From assembly GCA_016840065.1 (NCBI GenBank), contig JAEOTB010000079.1, positions 1 through 27,952 on the forward strand: 27,952 nucleotides of DNA, given 5' to 3'. Below, piece after piece: positions 8,169-16,783 of the stretch. The stretch is from Candidatus Hermodarchaeota archaeon (GTDB lineage Archaea > Asgardarchaeota > Hermodarchaeia > Hermodarchaeales > Hermodarchaeaceae). Position 1 is the first letter of the stretch. Each line of letters starts with the position of its first letter. Made by a program: the position numbers and the translations under genes. The notes below the pieces were generated by a model that made no database searches, was not told the DNA's origin, and saw only the letters and a list, made by a program, of their open reading frames with translations.

Positions 8169-9206
8169 ATGAAGTACTGCCAAGACCCGACGAGTAAAAG
8201 CGGTTATGTTTTCAAAACCCTACTTCTGGGAGGAGAGGATTTTGTCACTAAGCTTTTCTGTCAACGAGCCAGCATCAAGACCTTTGCAGGTGAGTATAAG
8301 CGTAGCGTTGGGGTTGGTCTTGGGGTTCATTCCTGTGAGGTCAATGATACAAGGATCAGGATGCAGCTTTGGGACATAGCTGTCTCTGATGCGCGTTGGG
8401 CTCCGATCAGGACCATGTTTCGTGGGGGCCACGCCGCCATCTATGTTGTCAATGCTGAAAATCTGGAGTCCCTTCGTTTTCTACGGCAGGATGTTAAGCA
8501 TTATTGTGGGCGCATTCCAGAGATATTCCTCTTCTACGGCTCAACTCGCCACTTGATGAAGCTTAAACGTAAGATGAGAAAGGCAGACTTTCTTGGTATT
8601 GTCAACCCCCTGGAAGTTCTAGACAAGCTGGCGAACATGATGTTCAGTGATTCCAGGTTTTCTAGCGGTGTTCCACCATTTTACCTTGGAATATTAGACA
8701 TTCCTTGGAAGAAGTTGGTGGAAGAAAGAAGAGCCGCTGTTCCAACTAGTTCGCCACGAACTTCAAGAGTTCTTTCAACTGAACTAGTTGAATCAGTTAA
8801 GGCTGGCGGGTTCGACACCGAAGGTAGCATTGCCACCCTCCAGGCTTATGATGCGATATTCCAGGTGAATCTCATCAGCGGGGCTACTAGGTTCATCCCC
8901 TCCCTCTGCCATGGGTGCTTGAAAGGTTCTAGGAAATGGACAAACCTATGCTTGGTGGCAGCAGGGCCTGGCTGGAGTAATACGTCACTAAGTCAGCGGG
9001 AACTTGAGGTTCTCTCCAAGATCCACGCCATCGCAAACGAGATTCTACCACCAGAACGGGAATGCATAGTCCAAAAGATTGTGAATGATGCCGGTGGCTG
9101 CCGCCAGTTCAAAGCTGCTCCAGTGAAACTCAGTTTTTCAGACCCTGTTGAGGAACTCTTAGACGAGTTAGTTGAAGCAACCGCCGCGATACCAGTGATG
9201 TACTAG
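8169..9206 (+). CDS. Rab/Ras-like G-domain with degenerate G-motifs fused to a Cys-containing C-terminal domain
   Basis: 'YVFKTLLLG', 'YKRSVGVGL', 'IRMQLWDIA' and 'IRTMFRGGHAAIYV' follow the Rab G-domain layout, but GK[ST] and NKxD are absent. C-terminal 'CHGC...NLCLV...GWSN'. Confidence 0.7.
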   Translation: MKYCQDPTSKSGYVFKTLLLGGEDFVTKLFCQRASIKTFAGEYKRSVGVGLGVHSCEVNDTRIRMQLWDIAVSDARWAPIRTMFRGGHAAIYVVNAENLESLRFLRQDVKHYCGRIPEIFLFYGSTRHLMKLKRKMRKADFLGIVNPLEVLDKLANMMFSDSRFSSGVPPFYLGILDIPWKKLVEERRAAVPTSSPRTSRVLSTELVESVKAGGFDTEGSIATLQAYDAIFQVNLISGATRFIPSLCHGCLKGSRKWTNLCLVAAGPGWSNTSLSQRELEVLSKIHAIANEILPPERECIVQKIVNDAGGCRQFKAAPVKLSFSDPVEELLDELVEATAAIPVMY

Positions 9207-9239
9207 GAGTTTCTAGCTGGGACATTGAGGTGAAGTGGG

Positions 9240-10085
9240 ATGGGACTTTTAGGCTGTCATGTTTCCATTAGCGGAGGTGTTCAGAATGCCCCCCTCAGAG
9301 CCACAGCGCTGGGATGCGAAACGATGCAGATTTTTACCCGAAATGCCCGGCGCTGGGCAAGCAAAGCCCTTGAGCCAGAGAAGATAGAAGACTTCAAAGC
9401 AGGAGTCAAGGAACAGGGGCTACAGGAGGTCATGGTCCACGGAAGCTACCTCACAAACCTTGCCTCCCCCGATCCCCGCATCCACTCTTTGTCAGTGACA
9501 GCATTTGAGGACGAGTTAGACCGCACAGAGGCACTGGGCATACCTTATTTCGTCATCCACCCTGGATCCCACAGGGGAACCTCACGCTCAGAAGGGCTCA
9601 GACTCCTAACATCCAGCCTCCAGAAGAGCTTAGAAGCCCGTCCGAACTACAGGAGCATCCTCTTGTTGGAGACAACGGCTGGAGGTGGGAAATCTATGGG
9701 AGGCAGCTTTGAACTGCTGGCAGAAATTCTTGATCAAACTGGAAAGCCTGACAGGATAGGGGTCTGCTTTGATACTGCCCATGTCTTCGCAGCTGGTTAT
9801 GACATAAGAACAAAGGCTGGTTTTGAGGAAACCCTTGAAGGCTTCGACCACCAGATTGGGCTTGAACGGTTGAAGGCCTTCCATATCAACGACTCAAAAA
9901 CAAAGCTAGGTAGCCACCATGATGTCCACGAGAACATCGGACAGGGGCATATTGGTATTGAAGTCTTCCGCTTTCTAGTCAATGACCCTCGCTTCAAACA
10001 TCACCCCATGAATCTAGAAACTCCTGGTGGTGACGAAGCCTTTCGAAGGAACCTTCAGCTCCTGTACAATCTCCGGCAATCCTGA
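9240..10085 (+). CDS. nfo: Endonuclease IV (AP endonuclease family 2)
   Basis: Motifs GCHVSI, QIFTRN, HGSYLTNL, HPGS, LLETTAG, CFDTAH, HINDSK, D-x-HENIG.G.IG and LETP. Confidence 0.96.
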   Translation: MGLLGCHVSISGGVQNAPLRATALGCETMQIFTRNARRWASKALEPEKIEDFKAGVKEQGLQEVMVHGSYLTNLASPDPRIHSLSVTAFEDELDRTEALGIPYFVIHPGSHRGTSRSEGLRLLTSSLQKSLEARPNYRSILLLETTAGGGKSMGGSFELLAEILDQTGKPDRIGVCFDTAHVFAAGYDIRTKAGFEETLEGFDHQIGLERLKAFHINDSKTKLGSHHDVHENIGQGHIGIEVFRFLVNDPRFKHHPMNLETPGGDEAFRRNLQLLYNLRQS

Positions 10086-10104
10086 GTGATAAGAGCAATC
10101 ACTC
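10084..10104. terminator. Hairpin GAGTGAT-n7-ATCACTC at the convergent gene junction, possible terminator
   Basis: Perfect 7-bp inverted repeat overlapping the nfo stop codon. There is no clear U-tract, so function is uncertain. Confidence 0.25.
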
Positions 10105-10139
10105 GCAAACTCTAACTGTTAACCTGCTATTGTCTACTA

Positions 10140-10331
10140 CTACCTGAACCAATTACGGATTCCTTCGTATAGCACCCAAAATGCGAGCACTCCGAAGAAC
10201 CCCACGACAGCGGCAAAGGGACCTGGTATCGCTATACTCATTACCAAGTATACCATAAACCAGACAATTACAGATACAACTACACCAATGATTATTTTTG
10301 ATGTCCTGTCCAATTGATTACCTCCTTCCAA
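10140..10331 (-). CDS. Small 2-TM membrane protein
   Basis: 63 aa with two clear hydrophobic helices and a TTG start. It fits the intergenic space. Confidence 0.6.
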   Translation of the reverse strand: MEGGNQLDRTSKIIIGVVVSVIVWFMVYLVMSIAIPGPFAAVVGFFGVLAFWVLYEGIRNWFR

Positions 10332-10399
10332 ATTGAACTAGTCTCTTTGTTACTCCCTAATGTTAGATAAGTTTAACCGAACTCTGGGGAACTCAGAAA

Positions 10400-11251
10400 T
10401 CAGATGTGTCGCTGACGGGGAATTATCACAATGGTTGCCAATAGGACGCACATCACAATGATGCCTGATATCAGGATTGTGAAGTATGGTTGAATGTTTA
10501 TGGGCGTGTCGGTTACATCTGTAGTGAAGAGCTGCTCAACCTGGCGAAGCCGTGAATATCGAATTCCGTTTTCAAAGTTGAAGGCTGTGTAGTAACGTCG
10601 GAGCGTGGCGATGCCAGTGGAGTCAAATTGAGCAGTATAGCAATTATATGATTGATACCCGTCGGTGGCTCCGTCGTTGTCGATGTCGATTATTGAAAGC
10701 GAGCGGTTGACCCACTGGGTGAAGTTCCAGTGGAAGTAGCGAGTGTCTAGGTCCTGCTCTCTGTATCCCAGGTATCCTGTTAGTGTCTGCCAGGCTTCCA
10801 CATCCATGTTCCAGTCGATGAGGTGCATTTCCCAGTAGTTGTGAGTGAAATAATTACGGGGTCCTGCAACAATGGGTGTGTATCCTTCGAAGTATTGTTC
10901 GCTTGAGTAGTTGGTGAAACCGTTTGACAAGTTAGTGACCTGGGCAGTTATCCTGATTGTGAAATCACCGGCATTCTCTACAATCTCCAGAACCCTCACA
11001 TTGATTTCGTGTCTTGTTTCCCAAAGGAGACTTTCCTCAGGTCCGTCCAAAGTTTCTATTAGATGATCGGAGAATTTGTAATGGTCACCTACTTCGTAAC
11101 CGTAAATGGGAGGGGGTTGTCTAATTGCTGCGAGGTTTCCAGCCATAATACCGGAAGAATTCAAGAGACCCACAAATAGGAGGCACAAAGTGCCCAGTAA
11201 AAGATTGATTCTAAATCGATGTGCCATTCCATTCCAGCTCCTAAGAGACAA
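10400..11251 (-). CDS. Secreted, C-terminally membrane-anchored protein (start may be the ATG at 11227)
   Basis: N-terminal signal-like 'INLLLGTLCLLFVGLL', beta-rich body with 'YGYEVGDHYKF', DxDxDG loop 'DIDNDGATD', and a C-terminal TM followed by PRQRH. Confidence 0.75.
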   Translation of the reverse strand: MSLRSWNGMAHRFRINLLLGTLCLLFVGLLNSSGIMAGNLAAIRQPPPIYGYEVGDHYKFSDHLIETLDGPEESLLWETRHEINVRVLEIVENAGDFTIRITAQVTNLSNGFTNYSSEQYFEGYTPIVAGPRNYFTHNYWEMHLIDWNMDVEAWQTLTGYLGYREQDLDTRYFHWNFTQWVNRSLSIIDIDNDGATDGYQSYNCYTAQFDSTGIATLRRYYTAFNFENGIRYSRLRQVEQLFTTDVTDTPINIQPYFTILISGIIVMCVLLATIVIIPRQRHI

Positions 11252-11257
11252 GCCATA

Positions 11258-14200
11258 CTAGCTAATCTCATCATCGTGCTGCGCCATTGTCTTGTCGAGT
11301 ATCACACCATCCAGGAAGCAAGGGGTTCCGCTAGTATCCTTAACTGCTTGACCTATTTCCTGGACGTTGCGGGTGCTACCGTCCTTGTGTATAATACGAT
11401 ATTGAAGATCAAAGCCTGCACCATTCTCAAGGGTATTCTTAATCTCAGTAAGTACTTGGGCTCGATCCTCTGGATGAATCATTCGCCCAAGGCAGCACAG
11501 CCCTCCTTCTAGCTCCTCCTCTTTAAAGCCTGTGATACTGGTACACTTATCGTTAACAAACTCTCTCCGTATACCATTCTCGTTGATGTGTAAACGATAG
11601 ACAATTCCTGGAACATTCTCAGCGAGAACCTTTAGTTGCGTTTCTCTAGCTTCTAAAGCAACCTCTGCCTCCTTTTGATCTGAGATGTCCACGAAGGTTA
11701 CCATCCACGAGGTCTCCCCCCCGTACTCAAAGGGTGTTCCTGTGACATCTGTCCAAACAAGAGAGCCATCCTTGTGAATAGCCCGTACGACACAGCGAGG
11801 TGGCTCACCTTTACCTTCGCTTTGGACATAATCCCAGAAGGCTTGTGCAAACCGGATTCTGTCCTCTTCAAAGACTAGGGCTGAAATGCCAACGAAATCT
11901 AGTTTGAGGAGGTCATCCTGTGTATAGCCCATTATCTTGGTCATCACCGGATTGGCAAACACCAAGCGAGTCTTTCCAGGTTCACCCTGAAGGATGGCTA
12001 TCCCTTGCAGGGTGTGATCCACAATGGCTTGGTTGTTCTCCTCGGTTTGGCGCCTCGCCTCCAGAATCATTTTCTGACTAGTAATATCTCGTACACTGAG
12101 AATGGCTGCAACAACCTTCCCATCCTGTATAACTGGTCCGATGTGAATATGGTACCAAGCGATAGTTCCATCTGGTCTTGGTCCTGCAGATTCGTAGCTA
12201 CTCTGCCTACCCACCTCAAAGGCCAACTCCAAAGCTGCTTTCTGTTCAGCCAAGTGCTCAGGGAAAATGAAATCAGCGGGTTCTTTACCAATTATTTCTT
12301 CAGTCCTGCGACCATGCATTGAGCGATTGACGAATAGGATTTTGTTTTCTCTATCCAATAGCACGATGGTATCTGGTGATTGTTCTACAAGTGACCGCCA
12401 CCGTGCCTCTGATTCTCGAAGTGCCAGATCAGAGGTTTTCAACTCTGTGATGTCAGTGCTATTGACTAGGAGACTAACAACCTTCCCTTCCTTGGTGATT
12501 GGTCCAACACGTGATTCGTAGTGTCTAATATCATCTTCAGATCTTTGTAACTCTGAGTAGAATCTGCCTGGTTCACCGGTTTCCCATACCCTGCGACAGC
12601 AGCGAGTCGCTGCCTTTCTGAACTCTGGAGGAAGGTGGCTAGGAAGGGTTGTCCCAATTACTTCTTCAATCGGTTGCTCGGTTACTTTTCGGTTGAGAAA
12701 CAGTATTCGTAACTCCTCATCCAGTAGTAGGATATAGTCTGGTGAGTGCTCAGAGATAGACCTCCACTTTTCTTCTAGTTCTCGACGCGCTTCTTCTGCC
12801 TGTTTTCTTTCAGTGATATCATTGAATGTTATTAGCATACCAGGCAGTCCCTGATACTCAATTAGTTTCCCGTACGCATCTACCCAACGGATTGTTCCGT
12901 CCTTGTGAAAGACCCTCATTTCCACTCGCGGGGGTCCACGGGGAGCGGTATCAACGAACTGTTTCAAGTCATCAGGGTGAGATAGGGTTCTCAGGAAATC
13001 TGATTCAGCTAAAACGATTTCCTCTGCTGAATATCCAGTGATTGGCAGCATAGCTGGATTGGCAAAGGTTATTCGCGATGGCACGCCTTGGATAATGATT
13101 ATACCAAGTTGCGATTGGTCTACAAGTGCTCGGTACTTCGCCTCCGACTCTTTCAGAGCCTGCTCTGCATGTTTTCTATCAGTTATATCTTGGAAACTGA
13201 CGAGTTGAGCTGTCTCGCCCTTGTATTCGATTGCGGCAGCCGTAACCTCTACCCAACGCATGGTTCCGTCTTTGTGTGGGAATCTGACCTCAGATCGAGT
13301 TGGTGGGGCTCGCCCGGCTGCATGTTTCCAGAACTTCTCCCTGGTTTCCTCACGATCCTTAGGATGTACAAACGCCGCTAAAGCACCTGGTGGCAGCCTA
13401 GACAGTTCCTCGAATGTCCATCCAGTGATTTGAGTAAAAGCTGGGTTACCATAGACTAGCCTTGAGGGCAATCCTGCTGTGATGATGATTCCAGATGGTG
13501 AGTTTTCAATCAAACCCCTATATGTTGCCTCTGACAGTCGGATTGCATCCTCAGCCTCCTGTTGAGCGGTGATGTCCTCAGAAACCGTCAATACACCTAT
13601 GATGCGTCCATTATTTCTAATTGGAAATCGGCGTGTCGAATACCACCGATTATCTATTAGCGTTCTTTCACTTTGAGCTTCGCCCGTCTGAAGGACACTA
13701 TCAAGCGAGCGCCTTAATGCTGGTCGACTTTCCTGTGGTGAGAAATCTGCCAATTCTTTTCTGAGCATCTCCTTCTGGGTTCTGCCTGGGTGAGGATGAT
13801 TGATGTACTGTATCTCACCTTTGAGGTCAGTTATCGTGATGGAGTCTGGGAGTCTTTCTAAAACCCTATGTAAAGTCTCCTTAGACATTTGAAGCGCTGC
13901 TACCTCTTGTCTTTGAACCGTGATGTCTCGTCCAATGCTAATAATTTCCTGCACGGTTCCAGAAGAATCATTGAAGGGCATGTGGACCCATTCGATAACA
14001 CGACGCTCCTTTGATTTAGTAAGTATATCACTCACTGACCTTAGAGACCCGCCCCCTTCTACGAGGTTTCTGAATTCCTCTCGCAAAGCCTTATGGTGAG
14101 TCTTGGGTTGAAGGTGAGAAATGAAAGACTTCCTCACCAACTCCTCAGAAGTGTAGCCTGTTACTTCTTGGCAGCCCTTATTGAAGAAGGTGATTCTTCC

Positions 14201-14314
14201 CCTCCTATTTCGAGCTAGAATTAGAAGATGAGGGGTTTCATCAAGGACTGTAAACCGGTGTGTGGCTAGGCTCTGTAAAGGTTCAGGCTTTGGAGTAGGT
14301 TGTTCTGTAGTCAT
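11258..14314 (-). CDS. Multi-PAS sensor protein (8 PAS/PAC repeats), no output domain
   Basis: Eight repeats end in GRDIT, SEDIT, FQDIT, FNDIT, STDIT, VRDIT, FVDIS and ILDKT, joined by 'E.ALRESE..YR.L' coiled linkers. The stop codon comes 9 residues after the last PAC. Confidence 0.93.
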   Translation of the reverse strand: MTTEQPTPKPEPLQSLATHRFTVLDETPHLLILARNRRGRITFFNKGCQEVTGYTSEELVRKSFISHLQPKTHHKALREEFRNLVEGGGSLRSVSDILTKSKERRVIEWVHMPFNDSSGTVQEIISIGRDITVQRQEVAALQMSKETLHRVLERLPDSITITDLKGEIQYINHPHPGRTQKEMLRKELADFSPQESRPALRRSLDSVLQTGEAQSERTLIDNRWYSTRRFPIRNNGRIIGVLTVSEDITAQQEAEDAIRLSEATYRGLIENSPSGIIITAGLPSRLVYGNPAFTQITGWTFEELSRLPPGALAAFVHPKDREETREKFWKHAAGRAPPTRSEVRFPHKDGTMRWVEVTAAAIEYKGETAQLVSFQDITDRKHAEQALKESEAKYRALVDQSQLGIIIIQGVPSRITFANPAMLPITGYSAEEIVLAESDFLRTLSHPDDLKQFVDTAPRGPPRVEMRVFHKDGTIRWVDAYGKLIEYQGLPGMLITFNDITERKQAEEARRELEEKWRSISEHSPDYILLLDEELRILFLNRKVTEQPIEEVIGTTLPSHLPPEFRKAATRCCRRVWETGEPGRFYSELQRSEDDIRHYESRVGPITKEGKVVSLLVNSTDITELKTSDLALRESEARWRSLVEQSPDTIVLLDRENKILFVNRSMHGRRTEEIIGKEPADFIFPEHLAEQKAALELAFEVGRQSSYESAGPRPDGTIAWYHIHIGPVIQDGKVVAAILSVRDITSQKMILEARRQTEENNQAIVDHTLQGIAILQGEPGKTRLVFANPVMTKIMGYTQDDLLKLDFVGISALVFEEDRIRFAQAFWDYVQSEGKGEPPRCVVRAIHKDGSLVWTDVTGTPFEYGGETSWMVTFVDISDQKEAEVALEARETQLKVLAENVPGIVYRLHINENGIRREFVNDKCTSITGFKEEELEGGLCCLGRMIHPEDRAQVLTEIKNTLENGAGFDLQYRIIHKDGSTRNVQEIGQAVKDTSGTPCFLDGVILDKTMAQHDDEIS

Positions 14315-14401
14315 TGGAATCCAACCAGATCAAGAATTAATATTCTCCATAAAGTCTATATCCTGTTTAGTTTTAAGTAATAGCGTTTGTGGGAAGAATC
14401 T

Positions 14402-15982
14402 ATGAATCCAGGGAGTCTCTCACTCGATGAAGCACAAAGGCTTTTCAAAGAGTTCCTGAAGAAAGCGGAGCTGGAGTTTGAAAGAAAAGCAAAGCCTCCC
14501 ATCCCCAATCTGCGTATATCAGAGGTGGCTCCTAATCTCAGTCGATCAGACCTTGGTGTTGTGCCTGGTTTAGGAGAAATCATTATTCCGACCTGTGAAC
14601 TCAGTATGACAAAAGGAATTCTAGCAATGGAAGCATTCAAGCTTCTACTACCCAATTCGATTGCAGGTCTTTCCCAGGCAACTAATCTCGCCTTTGCCTT
14701 TGCATATCAACAACTAAATGTTGGGGGGAAAGAACGATGGAGGGAGATTTGGGAGCGAATTCCAGGTCTTGGGGAGAAGGTGAATCTAGGGGACTTGGTT
14801 TTCGACCCAGTAGAATCTTTCATGTTATTAGAGCATTTGAGAAATAATAGGGGCTTGGGGGAGCTGATGAAAGTGTTCACCAGATTGGACCGGTTTCACA
14901 TGCGCCTTAATATTGAAGACTTCATCCGCCAAGTAGAGGACTTCATCTCCCAATCAACAGTGACTTTATCCTCCAGGGAAATAAAAATCCTGGATTCAAT
15001 GTTACGAGAGGGAGACCTCTCTGCGGAGGAGCTTGCCAAGCGAACGAACCTAACCACACAAGTGGTTTCTACAGCTCAGACTTCATTGAGGCGCAGAGCT
15101 ATTCTCTTTACCCTACCCCGTGTTAACCTTTCTCGACTGGGCTATCAATCACGATTCTTTTACTTGTCTCCAGAGCTAGGAGTAAAGGCAGAAGTTCAGG
15201 AGAAATTACATAGATACAAGCACCTATCTTCGCTTGTACAATTTATAGATGGAGTTGGGGGGTTTATGGCAACATTCAGCCTACCTTCTGAGTCTAAGGA
15301 GAAGGCTGACCTTGACTTGCTGGAGAAAGAACTCCGTCCCATCTGCCTTCCTGAATATTTTCAACAATTCAGAGGAATTCGTCGTTTACACTTCGTGAAT
15401 TTCCGCTCATACTCCCAGAAGAGAGGTTGGCAGATAAAATGGAGGACATGGGTTCTCTGGTTGAAACGCATGCTAGATGAAGGCTTACCCGAAATCCTCC
15501 CCTCCAGAGAAAAAGTCATAGTGGCTCAGAAGGCTCCCTCTCTAGACAACACTGATCAAGCCATTCTAGCTGAAATCTCAAGAGGAGAGTGGAGGCTAAG
15601 ACAGCTAAGAGAGAAATTGAGGATTGGAACCAATGTACTTGCAGCAAAAATGCAACGTCTTAGAAGAGAGAAAATAATCCAAGACGAGGTTGGATTTCGA
15701 TTCATTGGACTTGAAGAAACTGCATATCTTCTCTTTTATGGGCAGGCTGAAGAAACTGACTTGCTAATTGCTGGCCTGAACGAGTTGCCATATCATATTA
15801 GCACAGAGTTGGAGGGTGATAAAGAGGGGCTGTTCACAATCCTCTATCTTCCTAGGGGTGAGGTCTCAACTATGGCTCGTCAGCTCCGGAAACATCTACC
15901 AAAAATCAAATTGGAGATTCGTTACGGAACTCAAATACCTCTATCGGTAAGGCATTTCCCACCCCTAGAATATTTACGCTAG
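14402..15982 (+). CDS. Putative transcription regulator: N-terminal ~185-aa domain plus two Lrp/AsnC-like HTH-RAM units (paralogue 1)
   Basis: HTH1 'LSSREIKILDSM...LSAEELAKRTNLTTQVVS...LRRRAIL...NLSRLGY'. HTH2 'LDNTDQAILAEI...LRQLREKLRIGTNVL..KMQRLRREKII...IGL'. ATG at 14402 (the ORF track extends to a TTG at 14387). Confidence 0.75.
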   Translation: MNPGSLSLDEAQRLFKEFLKKAELEFERKAKPPIPNLRISEVAPNLSRSDLGVVPGLGEIIIPTCELSMTKGILAMEAFKLLLPNSIAGLSQATNLAFAFAYQQLNVGGKERWREIWERIPGLGEKVNLGDLVFDPVESFMLLEHLRNNRGLGELMKVFTRLDRFHMRLNIEDFIRQVEDFISQSTVTLSSREIKILDSMLREGDLSAEELAKRTNLTTQVVSTAQTSLRRRAILFTLPRVNLSRLGYQSRFFYLSPELGVKAEVQEKLHRYKHLSSLVQFIDGVGGFMATFSLPSESKEKADLDLLEKELRPICLPEYFQQFRGIRRLHFVNFRSYSQKRGWQIKWRTWVLWLKRMLDEGLPEILPSREKVIVAQKAPSLDNTDQAILAEISRGEWRLRQLREKLRIGTNVLAAKMQRLRREKIIQDEVGFRFIGLEETAYLLFYGQAEETDLLIAGLNELPYHISTELEGDKEGLFTILYLPRGEVSTMARQLRKHLPKIKLEIRYGTQIPLSVRHFPPLEYLR

Positions 15983-16179
15983 AGTATAGAAAGTTCGTCG
16001 GCCTAATGGGAAGACAGTATCAAACACTAGGAAATCTCAAGCCCTGATCAGGTTTTTGTTACTGAAACTTGGACAATAGAAAAACCCGATAGAAGGTAAC
16101 GTTCACAGAATGGGAGTTAACGCCGTTTAACGGGCTTCCAGGAATACCCCTCTCAAGATTACTGTTCTTGGATAACTCC

Positions 16180-16188
16180 TTATAAAAA
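16180..16188 (+). promoter_or_regulatory. TATA box (TTATAAAAA) upstream of the small-ORF unit
   Basis: Canonical archaeal TATA about 50 nt upstream of the SD-led ATG at 16238. Confidence 0.45.
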
Positions 16189-16237
16189 GAATCGAGAATG
16201 TTGTTGTGGGACACTCACTAATCTGGGAGGAGAGGTA

Positions 16238-16315
16238 ATGGTCCAGGGGGAAGGAGGAAATGCCAAGATGGAGTGGGATGATGAAGGCGAGTGGGAAGGC
16301 ATCGAGCAGGTTTAG
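16238..16315 (+). CDS. Putative 25-aa acidic peptide MVQGEGGNAKMEWDDEGEWEGIEQV (not in the ORF track)
   Basis: Translated by hand. GGAGG at 16226-16230 lies 7 nt before the ATG, downstream of a TATA box. Confidence 0.35.
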   Translation: MVQGEGGNAKMEWDDEGEWEGIEQV

Positions 16316-16345
16316 AGAAGAGAGCTTTGATTGGAGGTGCCATTG

Positions 16346-16678
16346 ATGGAGGAAAATGGTATCATGAAAGAGGTAGAGATGTTTGTGAATGCAACAATAC
16401 AAGCTGATCTAATCTTTCTTGACTCCAGTGAATCATCCCTCTTGTTCTGGCATAACAGGCAACCAGAAAAAAACATCATCAATAAATTATCGAAGATGTT
16501 GAGCAATATTGTTGGCGGATCATCTCGAGCCTATTTAGGTCCAGAGAAGCTCCTCATTCTTCTTGAGGGATTCGCTGATGTCCATGTGAAACACCATTTC
16601 AGAATTCTTATTCAGACCTTAGAACAGACAAGGTCCAAGTCGGTAGTGGCTAGAGGAAGGACTGTTGGTGATATCTAG
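16346..16678 (+). CDS. Hypothetical protein, 110 aa
   Basis: Strong SD GGAGGTG at 16333-16339, 6 nt before the ATG at 16346, which is in frame with the 16331 ORF. No family recognised. Confidence 0.55.
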   Translation: MEENGIMKEVEMFVNATIQADLIFLDSSESSLLFWHNRQPEKNIINKLSKMLSNIVGGSSRAYLGPEKLLILLEGFADVHVKHHFRILIQTLEQTRSKSVVARGRTVGDI

Positions 16679-16783
16679 GACATTCTAGCAAAAAGGAATT
16701 CGATACAGATAAGATTCTTGAAAATCTCTGCTGAAGAAAAGGATAAATTGTTGGAGAGCGAGAATTGAGGATTAAGTGAGTGT

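Noticed and set aside
16676-16768. Reading frame stays open for 29 codons after the TAG of the 110-aa ORF (DILAKRNSIQIRFLKISAEEKDKLLESEN*), suggesting amber readthrough or pyrrolysine
   Set aside because: TAG is the evident true stop of many genes here (both MFS genes, PAS, HEAT, LRR, GNAT). No pyl genes are in view, and 29 open codons can occur by chance.
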